From NCBI GenBank assembly GCA_008369845.1, contig MRSU01000590.1, positions 1 to 64,000 on the forward strand: 64,000 nt of DNA, in the 5' to 3' direction. The notes beneath the pieces are model-generated. The model was not told the DNA's origin, did no database searches, and worked only from the letters and a program-made list of their open reading frames with translations. Within the stretch, counting starts at the first letter, position 1, and every line of letters begins with the position of its first letter. Of the stretch, positions 20,446-32,130 are shown one piece after another. The DNA is from Trichomonas gallinae. Lineage: Eukaryota. The position numbers and the translations under genes were made by a program.

Positions 20446-23400
20446 ATGGGATCTGTGCCAAGTATCGCAAGATACTCTGGCTTGGAGCTCACGGGTCAGG
20501 ATAACTCCAACATTTTCAGCGTGTCATTCGATGACGCCCCTCTTTCGTTGGAGTTTACGAGCACGTTGTTTAATTCCGATTCGGACAAACAGAAACAACA
20601 GATAAATTTGCCCGATGACTCCATAATAGGATGCATAATGTCAGATCCTTCATTATATACGTTACTAAATTCTGTAGAAGACGTCTGGATGAATATTTTG
20701 ATTCCTTTATTCCGAGGTTCCGTTGAAACACGCCCTTTCTATCAAACACTACTTACAGAGTACTTCAAATTCCTATTGGAACGATCGAAGAACACTTTTA
20801 AGGATGAAGAATCGAGAAGAAATTATTTACGCGAAGTCATCAACGGAAAGTGTAGAAATCTCAATCGTCTTTTTACTTCTCAGGCTGAAACATGCATAAA
20901 TATACAAGAAAACGAAATACAACAGATAAATTCAACAAAAGAGTTTTCAAATCTCCTTCATAACTACTTAAATTCGGCAAAAAGTTTCAAAATACAACAA
21001 AATCAGATCCACAGATTGATATCAAAGAGAATTTGCGATATTTTAGACAAAAGTAACGAATTATCGGATTTGAATACTGCTTTAGAATGGGGATTTTTCT
21101 CTGGAGACATCACGCCTATAGTTAAAACTATAAGACTATTAATGATATCACATTTTGGAAACACAAAATCAGCAAATTTCGATTTATCAAATTATGAAAA
21201 ATTCTTCGAAAACTTCAGTTTGATCAATGCAGTACCCAATATTACCCAAAATGCGATCGATGGCTCAAAAATTATGACAAATCCTAAGATTTCATCAACT
21301 TTTTCTTCAAGTTCAATAACATGTGACGGAAATTACGTTTACGTGCTTATAAAACCAACGGTTATCGAGCAAATTTCACTTTCGAAATCAATAACAAATG
21401 ATGCAACAAGATTTGTCTCTAAAGAAATTCAAATTCCTAAAACTGAGAGATTTGATTTAGGAATTGCTCATTCTAAAGACAAAATCCTTATGATAGGCCC
21501 GTACATGTCAAATTATATCGTTTTAAAGACTTCTCCGCTCGATGAAGAAAAAAACATTAAAAAACACAGAATTTCTCAACCATTTTGCTGTGATGGTTAT
21601 TATATATACTCAATACGTGGATCCAAAGTATATATTCACTTCTATAATGGAAATAATTTAGAATTATATCGAAAAGTAAAATTAGTTGATTCTGGACACG
21701 AATTAAACGAACAAATGTCAAAGAAACTCATACCACCACTCAATGAAATCTTCCTAATATCAAATGGAATAACTTTTTCGATATTAAAATTAATAACAAG
21801 CAAACAGTATGCAAATAAGTATACATACATAATTAGACACTTTAGTTTGATCGATGGTTCCCATATAATGGACGTAGAAACAGTTTTAAAGCTTCCAATC
21901 ATTTCTTTATGCGTAGATCCTTGGAATTCATGCGTTTGGGGCATCACACCATTATCAACTACAACAACCAACAATCAACAGCAAAAAAGTATTTCTTTAA
22001 TTAAGTTCCAATACAATGGATCAAATCCAGCGTGGTTGACTGGATTAAATACAGATATTGTTGTAAGTTCGAAGCAATTTTCGGAAGTTTTCCATACAAA
22101 AACACCAGTTTCGATGTCAATTTCATTGGTTAATTTTATAAATTATTATATTTCACATTTTGTTGGGTCTCATTTGAATGTCGGAATTCCTTCCACTCCG
22201 GATCCATCTTGCTCCTATCCAAGAATGTTTGCAACAGGTGCTTACCTTACAATTAACGAAATTCTTAAATTAATCATAGTTTTAAAGAATATGAATGCAG
22301 AAAAGAAGTACAATAACCAGTGGACTAGAACACAATATCAAAATGCTATCTCAACATTACTGTTTCTGCTTGATTTTAATATCTCAAATTTAGCAATCAA
22401 TATCACGCCACCATTCGATGAAAAAGACGAAATAGATCCAGAAATTACATCAATTTTAATCTCATTGCTTTCAGAAAATTCACCTTTTATGAAACAACAA
22501 ATTATTTATACAATTTCGCATTGTTTCGAATATATTATGCACACAAATCACAATAATATGGATGTTTTCTTGCTACAAGCGTTCAAATCTCTAAGTCCAC
22601 AAAATTCAATTTATGTACTCAATAGTTTCACAGATACAACCGTCCTTCCATATTGTTTGTCTCAATCTACATGCAGAAATTTCTTCTCTCCGATTCTAAA
22701 GCGAATGGCTTCATTGAAAGAAGATTTTCATAGAAATGAATTTGATATAACGACTTGCTTCATGAGATCTTTGATGTACGAGCTATATCATACATATGAA
22801 ACGAATACTGGCGCAATTCCACCCAACAAAAAGATATTACAAGAAAATTTCCAGTCTTTTTCTGGAATTATAACAGAAGAGATGCTCATTTTACTAGGAC
22901 GCTTAGGCTCCCCATCTTTTCCACAAGAAAGACTTAGGTTTTTGCCTTTCACAAGAATATTTTCGAAATGGCTTTTGTTATTGCATCCATTTGTTAAGTT
23001 TTCACGCGTTGCAAACATCATATTATCACTCATACAGCCTTTATATTCGTTCTTTTCTAAGAAATTAACATCATTGAAAATATCAAATCCAATTAATAAC
23101 AACAAAACAGCTTTTACATACATATATGCTCTTTTCTTCGATATTTACTCTTTACATGTCGACTTAATTACGTCTCTTGTTGATGGTGGTGCAGAAATTC
23201 AAGATATTCAAAAATATAAATGGTTAATTAAGTCAACAGTAGCGTCAGAATTAACTCCAGAGAAAGTAGACAAACTCTGTGAAAACTTTGGCAAGCCAAT
23301 TAATGATGAAAGTCCATTATTAAAGAAAGGTCTTTCTCTTGAATCAAACACAGAAGAATCGAATGCTTTCATTACAACTATGATCTCACAAAACGAAAAT

Positions 23401-26400
23401 CCAAGTATTATAAAATTAATGGATTATATATATTCAAAAGTCTCAGATCCATCGAATAAACGCTTATCACCCGAAAAGAAGCGTTTTGAGCGCCTAATTT
23501 TCGCTTCTCTAATCAAGCATCTTGGATTTTCTTCAATTACAAAAGATTTATCTCGTCAACTCGAAAAAGGCGAAAAACCAGTCCTAAATCATGCAATAAG
23601 ACAAGTAGTACTACAGATTTATAGAGTTAGAAAGCATCTAGAAGCATCTCGACAAAATTGGCAAAGATTAAAAGACGAAGCAGAGCAAAACAAGATTCCT
23701 TTCAAGCCGAAATCAATGGCAGAAGACTTCCCGAGATACACAGAAGAAATGATGAAGAAATGCATTTTTCTGTTATACGTGAATCAATACGAAAAACTTG
23801 TAAATGATGATAATGACGAAATATTCACGCAAATGTGCAAAAACATTTCTGACTTTTTGACAACTAACGTTTCTTTGTCAGAGTATTTCCAATTACTAAG
23901 AACAGCACAGGCAATCCAAAAGAACATTATTGCAGGCATTGGCTTGATAAATGCTGAATTTGCTGAGAAAGACAATGAAATATGTTCATGGTTCATGATA
24001 CAAAGATTTTCGACATCAAATTCTATAGTTAATTTCTTAAAGACTTTATCAACGAAAAGTTCACAATCACAAGGCTTCAAGACAGTCATAGAAATGATGG
24101 ATCACATAAGGAATTTCATTCTAATTAAATCAGAACATTTCCAGAAAAGCATTTTACTTGTTTTCCTCGCGAATTTGCTAAACTCCATTGCATCAATTGA
24201 CTCAGAACAAATTTTCGATCCATTAAATGTCTTGATTAACGAAATCATTGGCCAGAAGAGCGAATTCTCAGAGAACCAGTTTACGTCTTTAATCGCTTTC
24301 ATTATATCAACAGTCATAATTTTATTGGAAACGAATCCTAACATTAAGAAATCATCTCAATATCCTAAGTTGTGTCAAGTTTTGGCAAAATACAAAGACA
24401 TCGCATATCAAAGGAAACCAATTGGAATGTTATTTGAGCAAATCAACGCATTTGAGAACCAGAACCCAGAAGAAATAATCAAGGAGTTCTCTAAATGCGA
24501 TCCAAGGGATTATGTTTCATCATCACAATTCTTGCTTAAATTAATCCAAAAATCAAACAAAAAAATAAGTTTATTATCCAAAATATTCACTGAAATCGCT
24601 TTAGTTGCTTCAGGACAGAAGAATATATTCGGATCTGATTTACCTGATCCAGATACATTAATATATAGTGATGATGATCCAAGAGTGAAAACTCCACAAA
24701 TGCAGCTTGGCGGCTGTTTGATTTTCATTTCGATAATCAGACAATTATTGCTCAAAAACGATCAAGATGTCATTGACATGATCAATGAAATATTAGTAAT
24801 GAACCATGGAGGACAAGTTGACAAGAAATTCATCCATTTAAATGCACAACTTTGTCTTTATGCGGTCTTCGCAATTTTATCAAATGTTATTGATGTTTTT
24901 CACTTTGGAAGCTTCATGCAGAACGAATCAAGCAACTCAATGTATTTAGTGACAGACTACGACAAAAAAGAATTGAACTTGAAGGGCTGGCAGACTCCAA
25001 TAAATGGCGACACAAAACAAGAAGAAATCAGGCCATCGAATATAATGAAAGTATGTCAATTGTTTGAATTTAGAATAGAAATGTTCCCCGACTACAAAAA
25101 CTTGTTGCCTTATTTCAAATCATCACTAAAACAAAATGGAAGGAGTGTATCTGAAGGCTTGAATTATTACATCATTGCTTGCTTCAAGGAATATGCGCAG
25201 ATTCCAGATTTCATCGCGAGAAATATTCCTGATGCTTTCAATAACTTAAATTTTAAGAGTTTCAACGTTCATTCAACAAAAGAATCATTCTTGAACATTC
25301 TCAAAATACACTTAGTCAACAATGAAGGCGGATTCATCTGCTCTAAAACAACAGCAATGAAGTTCTACAACACATCACCTTTCTTCAAGCATTCATCGAA
25401 ATCAGAAGAAGTTGATCATAAAGTTTTAAAGTCTAAGAGTAAATTTGCTTCTTTCGTCACTCCACCTTTGACTGATGGAACAACAATCCTAAAAATAAAA
25501 GGAATAGATGTCCATAGAGCAGAAATAGGCTTATTAATTCCTGGCTACAAAATCGGCTGCCAAAAAACAATCAGTTTCAGTATCGATTCATTTGATATCA
25601 AATACACAGATCCTAAATATAGCTTTGATGTTGATAGAGATGATATAACAATAGCATACAACGCGTCCAAGAAGATGACGACAATACAATGCAATGGAAC
25701 TTCTTTCGAAAATGATTTGTCAGAAGAATCAGTTCCTGTGTTTTACTGCAACATTTTCGGCGAAGGACAAATTGATTATTCATTAACGAATTCACTGTAT
25801 CCTTCAGTAAAAGAAGAAACGGAAAAACATACTTTTAATTATACCACATTATCATATGAACCTGTTTCTCTAGGAACCAAAGATGTCGTTTTACCAGTTT
25901 CAAACAAATTAGTTTTCTCGAGAAAGAAACCAAAACTAAACAACATAAAACAAATACCGAATACTCTACAAACAGACTCAGATTATAAACCAGATTTGAA
26001 GCAGTATTTCACACAATCAGCGAGAATGCATTCATCATTGATCCCTACTGTAGACACTCTAAAGAAACAACTGATTATTTATGATCAAAAATCATTGGAA
26101 TTGGCTTCGTGTTCTTCTTTGTCTTCAACATCTCATGCATTCGTCGGCGCAATTAAAATCCCAATAATAGAATTCTCACAGAAAACAACAATCCACAAAT
26201 ACGATGTCCAAATTGGCTCAATCAATCATATTTTATTTAACAAATATTTCCAGATAAACAACAAAAGTTTCGAACAGAAAGTTATAAACGAAGTAACAGG
26301 TGAAGTTGTTAAAATTAAATCAAAAGCATATGATACTGTCACCTCACTTCCTCTCTACAATCCAAACGAATTCGTTGTGATGCCTTCTGTTTTAGCTAAT

Positions 26401-29301
26401 TACTTCGAAACAGCTTTAATAGATGAATTCAGGTCAAATATTTATACAGAATGTTATATTGCTCAGCTTTTGAACTGCGGAAACAAATTCATCGAAGTCA
26501 ACAAATTTTTCAACATTGAAACAGATGAAGATATTATTATTATGATGATTCACTTCCTGACAATCTCTGAGCCATTGAATCCAGACATTGTCGATTTCAA
26601 ATTGAACTTACTTGCAAAGCAAACTGTTGTTTCTTCATCAATAGATCAGTACACTTTTGCTGCAAGATCAATTTTCAATTATTACTCGAGCACGAACCAA
26701 ATTTCTAAAATGATTGAAACAATGATGAAAATATTCAAAGACATGACGAACTCACAGAATTGGCATTATGCGCTAGACACGCATCCAGACGTAATGTTCT
26801 TGAAATCTGAATACAACCAGCAATCAATATCACTCAATCATCCATGGCTAGCTTTGTTAACAACAGGTGAAGCTTACATAAACTCAAATGCAATCAAAGA
26901 TGGAACATATTTAATAATAGACGAATACTCAATTAAAGTTAGGATACTCTCAGATGTGTCAACATTAGTAATGATTCCTTTCAATGACACTAAAAAGTTC
27001 TTGGGAACCTTCGTTGAATTCGCTGTTTTGTTCAAATATTTGGTGTTTTTACTTGCAGAGAATATTAACATTGCACAAGAACTCAGGAAGAGTGTTTATT
27101 CATTAGTTTTAGATTGTATCATGTTCAAGTCTCCTTTCTTCTGCAGAAACGTGCCAAACGTTTTGAACTTCCTTCAGTACCACATCAGGACAATTTGCTC
27201 AGATCTTTGCGACGACTTTTTAGTCAGACTGAATATTTTCTCATCATATTATTATAATTCAGCCAAAAACTTGCCAGATTGCATCGGAAGTTTCTTGGAT
27301 GATCATCAAGCATTATGGGATGAGAGAGTTTTAGTTCCATTAAGAGCAGCATTCCCAGAATTCTTGACAGAATCAGATAAAATGTCAAATGCGAAAGATA
27401 ATATTCAGCCATGTTATCACCTGCCTTCCAACATGTTGATTAACAGGCCAAGACAACAGGTTAACATTGTCAGAAGATTGCTTCAGCGAAGAAAAGACAT
27501 GATCGCTTATCCATTCCATTTATTGATAACGAGCTGGGTTGAAGCAAATCAGCAGTATCCAAATTACTCGCTGAAATCATTGAACGATAACACGATTGTT
27601 TTAACATTCACACATTATGTACCTGTTTCATTCAAGATTCTACCGTTGACACCAAATGAAAATGTCAAGGAAGTCATGGTATTAAATGAAGGCGGCCAAG
27701 TCGATAGATATCCAGTGACAGAAATTCCAACGAACGGTAAGAATTCGCTGACATTGAAGAGCTTGAGCTGGTCGTGGCATATGATTGATTTCACGATTGT
27801 CACAGTCAAATACTCGGAATCAGCTGATGCTTTCATTGAAAAGCAGAGAGACAAGTTTGTCACAGACATGATCAAGTTCGCGTTGCATTTCGATAAATAC
27901 GTCGACAACCAAATATTATCTTTGTTGCCGCAAGCATTATATCAGAAACGAACTCTTAACATAAACGATATTGTTCCAGAGTTATTCGCAAAGACAAGAA
28001 TATCAGAAGACATGGCGTTTATAATATTAAGGGCGAGGGTTATGCTTATCGTCAACTGGCTCGTTTACACGAAAGAAATAACATTTGGAAAATTTGATTC
28101 AAACGATTATTTGATCGATTTCATTGCTATTCCATTAAAGATGATCAAATTCTGGGAATTAATCAACTCAAGTTCAGTAACGAATATCATGCAGATAGAA
28201 ATAGACAGAAAACAGGCTTATGAGTTGAGAACGAATGCAATAGCGAACTACGAAGTTTCCATCATCGCACAATTAAGCAAATACTCGCAGGTACCATTAA
28301 ACAGGACAAAAGAAAGACCATGGCGTGTTAAATTCACTGGAGAACAAGCTATTGACGCTGGTGGACCAAGCAACGAGCTATTTTTCGAAGCGGCAGCAGA
28401 TTTCTGCAGCCCCAACTGCGGACTTGTTATTCAAACGCCAAACGGAAGAAACGGAATTGGCCAGTTCAGAGAATCAGTCATACCTTTCCCGAATACTAAA
28501 GTCAAGAACTACTCGCTGAAATATAATGTTGCTGGCGCAATCATAGCTATGTGCATAAGAACGTCAATTGTCCAGGACTTCAATTTCCCTCCTTTAGTTT
28601 GGGAATATTTGACGAAGCGAAAGTTCGACATCAAACTACTCTACGACATCGACCAAAACTTCAAGGTTTTGATGGATTCATTGAGCGAAGCAGCTAAGCA
28701 GAATCTGGATCAGTTCGCCTTCTCACGCCAGTTCAACTTGAAGTTTGTCATCAATAACATAACAGGACAAGAATGCCCACTTGTTGCAAACGGAAGAAAC
28801 ATATCTGTGACGGCCGAAAATGTTATGAAATACATCGTTTTAGCTAAGGAATATCGCATCAATGAGCTTACTACATACTTGGACATGGTTTACAAAGGAG
28901 TCTGGCAGAACTTCAATTTCGATCCTCCTTCATTCCTAGACGCGTTCACGCTTCAGTACGCTGCATGCGGAGAGAGCGAAATATCAGCAGAGAAGTTTAA
29001 GAGCATTCTCGTATTCTCAGGCATCTATGACTTCCAGAGGAGGTGGTTCCTCAATGCTATTTCTAGGTACAACACTGAAGAAAGAATTGCATTGTTCAAG
29101 TTTGCTACAGGAAGAAGCAGACTTCCTATTGATAGCTCAGGCTTCACAATCAAAGTCGATTCTAGCTCTGGCAAGGATCTAATGCCATCAGCATCAACCT
29201 GCTTCAACCAGCTCCATCTCCCAACTTATACATCAGAAGAGAAACTCTATACAATGGTCAAACTCGCAGCACTTTACTCAGGAACAATGGAACTCCTTTA
29301 A
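20446..29301 (+). CDS. Large HECT-domain E3 ubiquitin ligase (2951 aa)
   Basis: C-terminal WRVKFTGEQAIDAGGP, LFKFATGRSRLP and catalytic-Cys motif MPSASTCFNQLHLPTY. Confidence 0.95.
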   Translation: MGSVPSIARYSGLELTGQDNSNIFSVSFDDAPLSLEFTSTLFNSDSDKQKQQINLPDDSIIGCIMSDPSLYTLLNSVEDVWMNILIPLFRGSVETRPFYQTLLTEYFKFLLERSKNTFKDEESRRNYLREVINGKCRNLNRLFTSQAETCINIQENEIQQINSTKEFSNLLHNYLNSAKSFKIQQNQIHRLISKRICDILDKSNELSDLNTALEWGFFSGDITPIVKTIRLLMISHFGNTKSANFDLSNYEKFFENFSLINAVPNITQNAIDGSKIMTNPKISSTFSSSSITCDGNYVYVLIKPTVIEQISLSKSITNDATRFVSKEIQIPKTERFDLGIAHSKDKILMIGPYMSNYIVLKTSPLDEEKNIKKHRISQPFCCDGYYIYSIRGSKVYIHFYNGNNLELYRKVKLVDSGHELNEQMSKKLIPPLNEIFLISNGITFSILKLITSKQYANKYTYIIRHFSLIDGSHIMDVETVLKLPIISLCVDPWNSCVWGITPLSTTTTNNQQQKSISLIKFQYNGSNPAWLTGLNTDIVVSSKQFSEVFHTKTPVSMSISLVNFINYYISHFVGSHLNVGIPSTPDPSCSYPRMFATGAYLTINEILKLIIVLKNMNAEKKYNNQWTRTQYQNAISTLLFLLDFNISNLAINITPPFDEKDEIDPEITSILISLLSENSPFMKQQIIYTISHCFEYIMHTNHNNMDVFLLQAFKSLSPQNSIYVLNSFTDTTVLPYCLSQSTCRNFFSPILKRMASLKEDFHRNEFDITTCFMRSLMYELYHTYETNTGAIPPNKKILQENFQSFSGIITEEMLILLGRLGSPSFPQERLRFLPFTRIFSKWLLLLHPFVKFSRVANIILSLIQPLYSFFSKKLTSLKISNPINNNKTAFTYIYALFFDIYSLHVDLITSLVDGGAEIQDIQKYKWLIKSTVASELTPEKVDKLCENFGKPINDESPLLKKGLSLESNTEESNAFITTMISQNENPSIIKLMDYIYSKVSDPSNKRLSPEKKRFERLIFASLIKHLGFSSITKDLSRQLEKGEKPVLNHAIRQVVLQIYRVRKHLEASRQNWQRLKDEAEQNKIPFKPKSMAEDFPRYTEEMMKKCIFLLYVNQYEKLVNDDNDEIFTQMCKNISDFLTTNVSLSEYFQLLRTAQAIQKNIIAGIGLINAEFAEKDNEICSWFMIQRFSTSNSIVNFLKTLSTKSSQSQGFKTVIEMMDHIRNFILIKSEHFQKSILLVFLANLLNSIASIDSEQIFDPLNVLINEIIGQKSEFSENQFTSLIAFIISTVIILLETNPNIKKSSQYPKLCQVLAKYKDIAYQRKPIGMLFEQINAFENQNPEEIIKEFSKCDPRDYVSSSQFLLKLIQKSNKKISLLSKIFTEIALVASGQKNIFGSDLPDPDTLIYSDDDPRVKTPQMQLGGCLIFISIIRQLLLKNDQDVIDMINEILVMNHGGQVDKKFIHLNAQLCLYAVFAILSNVIDVFHFGSFMQNESSNSMYLVTDYDKKELNLKGWQTPINGDTKQEEIRPSNIMKVCQLFEFRIEMFPDYKNLLPYFKSSLKQNGRSVSEGLNYYIIACFKEYAQIPDFIARNIPDAFNNLNFKSFNVHSTKESFLNILKIHLVNNEGGFICSKTTAMKFYNTSPFFKHSSKSEEVDHKVLKSKSKFASFVTPPLTDGTTILKIKGIDVHRAEIGLLIPGYKIGCQKTISFSIDSFDIKYTDPKYSFDVDRDDITIAYNASKKMTTIQCNGTSFENDLSEESVPVFYCNIFGEGQIDYSLTNSLYPSVKEETEKHTFNYTTLSYEPVSLGTKDVVLPVSNKLVFSRKKPKLNNIKQIPNTLQTDSDYKPDLKQYFTQSARMHSSLIPTVDTLKKQLIIYDQKSLELASCSSLSSTSHAFVGAIKIPIIEFSQKTTIHKYDVQIGSINHILFNKYFQINNKSFEQKVINEVTGEVVKIKSKAYDTVTSLPLYNPNEFVVMPSVLANYFETALIDEFRSNIYTECYIAQLLNCGNKFIEVNKFFNIETDEDIIIMMIHFLTISEPLNPDIVDFKLNLLAKQTVVSSSIDQYTFAARSIFNYYSSTNQISKMIETMMKIFKDMTNSQNWHYALDTHPDVMFLKSEYNQQSISLNHPWLALLTTGEAYINSNAIKDGTYLIIDEYSIKVRILSDVSTLVMIPFNDTKKFLGTFVEFAVLFKYLVFLLAENINIAQELRKSVYSLVLDCIMFKSPFFCRNVPNVLNFLQYHIRTICSDLCDDFLVRLNIFSSYYYNSAKNLPDCIGSFLDDHQALWDERVLVPLRAAFPEFLTESDKMSNAKDNIQPCYHLPSNMLINRPRQQVNIVRRLLQRRKDMIAYPFHLLITSWVEANQQYPNYSLKSLNDNTIVLTFTHYVPVSFKILPLTPNENVKEVMVLNEGGQVDRYPVTEIPTNGKNSLTLKSLSWSWHMIDFTIVTVKYSESADAFIEKQRDKFVTDMIKFALHFDKYVDNQILSLLPQALYQKRTLNINDIVPELFAKTRISEDMAFIILRARVMLIVNWLVYTKEITFGKFDSNDYLIDFIAIPLKMIKFWELINSSSVTNIMQIEIDRKQAYELRTNAIANYEVSIIAQLSKYSQVPLNRTKERPWRVKFTGEQAIDAGGPSNELFFEAAADFCSPNCGLVIQTPNGRNGIGQFRESVIPFPNTKVKNYSLKYNVAGAIIAMCIRTSIVQDFNFPPLVWEYLTKRKFDIKLLYDIDQNFKVLMDSLSEAAKQNLDQFAFSRQFNLKFVINNITGQECPLVANGRNISVTAENVMKYIVLAKEYRINELTTYLDMVYKGVWQNFNFDPPSFLDAFTLQYAACGESEISAEKFKSILVFSGIYDFQRRWFLNAISRYNTEERIALFKFATGRSRLPIDSSGFTIKVDSSSGKDLMPSASTCFNQLHLPTYTSEEKLYTMVKLAALYSGTMELL

Positions 29302-29485
29302 TTTATTACTTTTATTTTCATTTATTTTATATTGTTATAAATACGTGTGTTTATTTTATTATTATCTTTTTTATGTCTGTAAATAATTTTTATGATAGTG
29401 TCGACAACACTAAAGTATGAAGATACTAACCTTAGAATTAATAATTGAGATTCTATTTGTTACGGTTAACGCTTTTTATTAATGA

Positions 29486-30502
29486 CATAGTTATACAAAA
29501 ATATGTCGATTAAAATGCGTCATATATTATTTATTCGCGTGGGAAGACTTTTACAAAGGTAGTGAGCCTGATGATGTTATTACAGATAGTTCTCAGCCAA
29601 TACCGAAAAATGAAAAAGAAAGATATTACGTAAAAAAATGCATTTTTATTGACGAAACGAATAGCGCTGTCAGTATTTCAACATCTTCATCATCTACTAA
29701 AATGCTTGTTGAAGACACTGCCTTCAGTAAATGCTATTCATCAAATGGAGCAGCAATTATGTTTGAATCGAAAGGACAGCTTAGCCAACAAAGAGTTTGC
29801 AGCTACAGATCAAAAACATCAAATGATGGAATATTTTGCATGATCACATCTCCATCAATGATTTATTTATTTGATTCTTCGATATCACTATCTGGGAGTG
29901 AATCTAACACAGGACAGAGAAATGTTTATTTAAAAGGAAGTGTCAACATTTCTTCTATTAATATTTCTCATGCTAAAACTAAAGGACGATGTATATTTGA
30001 ATTTAATCCGATACAATCAGAATCAATAACAATTTATTCAACTTTTTCAAATAACACCCAAAATAGTAGTCCATATTATTTTTCTTTCATGAATGGCCCG
30101 TCTAACATTCAATATAAAATGAAGTGTTGTAACTATTTGGACAATAAAGGATTCTATTCTTCTAAGTTAGTAACAAGTGAAGGATTAACATCGGTTTTTT
30201 CAAATTGCAGCTTCCTAAGAAATAGTCCACATGAATATCGATTTTATAAAGCAAGCGGCAGCATGACGATAGAATATTGTTACATAACAGACAATTTAGC
30301 AGATAATAATTCACCGACCTATACTAATAATTTGACAGCATTTTACACAGCTTTTCTCTCACATTTATCATCCAATTCATGTGAAGCAGAAAGAGCAGCA
30401 ATATTTTCGATAAAGAGAATAATTGAAAAGCAAGAAACATTTGACAATAATATAGGAATCAATGGGTTTTTAATGTATGAAGTTTTTACTTGTAATGAAT
30501 GA
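29486..30502 (+). CDS. Beta-helix-like family protein whose conserved N-terminal block lacks an in-frame ATG (frameshifted gene or non-canonical start)
   Basis: The frame is open from 29486; the family block LFAWEDFYKG (W at 29540) lies 54 codons upstream of the first in-frame ATG at 29702. ATGs at 29503 and 29515 are out of frame. Body has QQRVCS, FDSSIS, STFSNN and FLSHLSSNSCEA. Confidence 0.65.
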   Translation, partial: HSYTKICRLKCVIYYLFAWEDFYKGSEPDDVITDSSQPIPKNEKERYYVKKCIFIDETNSAVSISTSSSSTKMLVEDTAFSKCYSSNGAAIMFESKGQLSQQRVCSYRSKTSNDGIFCMITSPSMIYLFDSSISLSGSESNTGQRNVYLKGSVNISSINISHAKTKGRCIFEFNPIQSESITIYSTFSNNTQNSSPYYFSFMNGPSNIQYKMKCCNYLDNKGFYSSKLVTSEGLTSVFSNCSFLRNSPHEYRFYKASGSMTIEYCYITDNLADNNSPTYTNNLTAFYTAFLSHLSSNSCEAERAAIFSIKRIIEKQETFDNNIGINGFLMYEVFTCNE

Positions 30503-30711
30503 AAAATTATCACTTCTAATATTTCCTCATTGATTAAAAATAAAAAAAATGCGTTATCAACATTTATAAAAAAATAAATATTATTATATATTATCATGAT
30601 ACTTTACTACAATTAACAAAGGTCTGACATTTATTGTATCTCAAGAAAAATCATACAATAATTTGTTTAATTTTCAAGATTTTTATTAACGTATAGATTG
30701 AAATCATTTAA

Positions 30712-31694
30712 TCAATTTTCTAAAGGTATGTGGCCGAGCTGATTACAAATATATAATGCTGTGTTTCCATGTTTATCTTGACGGTTAACATCAGCACCTT
30801 TTGCTATTAAAAGACGAGCAATATTAATTGAACCATGAATAATACATAGCATTAAAATAGTATATCCTTTTTCAACATATTGATTAACATTCAATTCACT
30901 ATTTTCGAGGGCAAACAAAATTACTGACGGATCATCATCCATTATTGTTTGATCAATTGATATTGCTTTGTTTTCTGACTCGATTTTCCTCTTGATTGTC
31001 AGGTTGTTGTTGTTCATGAAATCCATTTTAAACTTGTCTGTTTCTGAAAATTCAGATTATGTTGAATTATTTTTTTTATCAAAAACTGTGCAACATTTTT
31101 TGTGTTGAAATAATGTGCAATGGTCAGCCGAAATAATTCTCTGTATCAAAGTCACATGAGCAATTCACTAGGAACTTAGCAAATTGAAGGTTGTTGTGTC
31201 TTGCAGCAAACATCAAAGCTGTGTTTCCTTGCTTGCCTTTTAGTTCAATTTTGAGAGATTTGTATTGTTTCAATTGAGTTTTCACTAATAAATCTGCAAA
31301 TCTTAGTGAATTGAATTGTACACAATGCATCAATATTCGTCTTTCGTCTGCATTTAATAAAATCTCTGCAATTTCGAGATAATCATATTGAGCTGCAATG
31401 TGGAGCCGCGTCACATCATTTTTATCCATAATTTTGATGTCAGGAGTGAAGAAAAGCCTTCGTTGTTTTTCTCATTTATTATTTTGTCTGCCTTTTCAAG
31501 TTCTCTAAAATAATTTTTGTTCTTTGATTAGAATTTAATTGAGAGCAGAGCGAATTCGCAGTATTTCCATATTTATCCTTATTCATTAAACTAATACCAT
31601 GATCAATTAATATTCTTGCTGCAGTAAAACAGTTATATAATGCACATTTCATTAAACAATCCTGGCCATCTTTATCCTTGAACACCTTTTTCAA
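30712..31694 (-). pseudogene. Fragmented ankyrin-repeat pseudogene
   Basis: Three short minus-strand ORFs (31479-31694, 31124-31429, 30712-31026), each with ANK motifs (GNTALMFAA, GADVNRQDKHGNTAL), separated by stops and frameshifts. Confidence 0.8.
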
Positions 31695-31728
31695 GCTAAT
31701 TTCTGCGGCTTAACCCCATCACTACTGT

Positions 31729-31912
31729 TTAATAGTAAAACTTTGGTTTTTAATATTTTCTGAACAACACAGTGATAATCTTATATAATTGTCGAATAAG
31801 AATTTAATATCACGACCTAGCCCATTTGTGGAATCTGCCGTATAAGAAAACAGAGATGGATTCTTCTGGTTAATCCAGTAAGACATCCATTAACATTTGG
31901 TAATAATTTCAT
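31729..31912 (-). pseudogene. 5'-half duplicate of the neighbouring F5/8-type-C gene, frameshifted and truncated
   Basis: ATGAAATTATTACCAAATGTTAATGGATGTCTT... closely matches the start of 32703; 1-nt deletion after TRR; similarity ends at QSFTI. Confidence 0.85.
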
Positions 31913-32130
31913 ATTCCAACTTTTGAAAATAGTGATGTTGGAAGAACTTAAAACTAATTTTTCTAACTCAAATATTTGGATTTGAATCCAGGCTTTTATG
32001 TCGAACCTATTTATATGTCTGTGAAAGAAAATTATTTCATAAACTATATTCTTAAATATTTCTAGATATGTAGAAACGGAGATAGAAATGATGAGCTTTA
32101 TAGTATAAATTTAATTAATGTATTAAATTA

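Noticed and set aside
29415..29435. Intron-like 21-mer GTATGA...ACTAAC-CTTAG
   Set aside because: Shorter than the trichomonad introns I know, intergenic, and splicing from ATG 29392 hits TGA within four codons.
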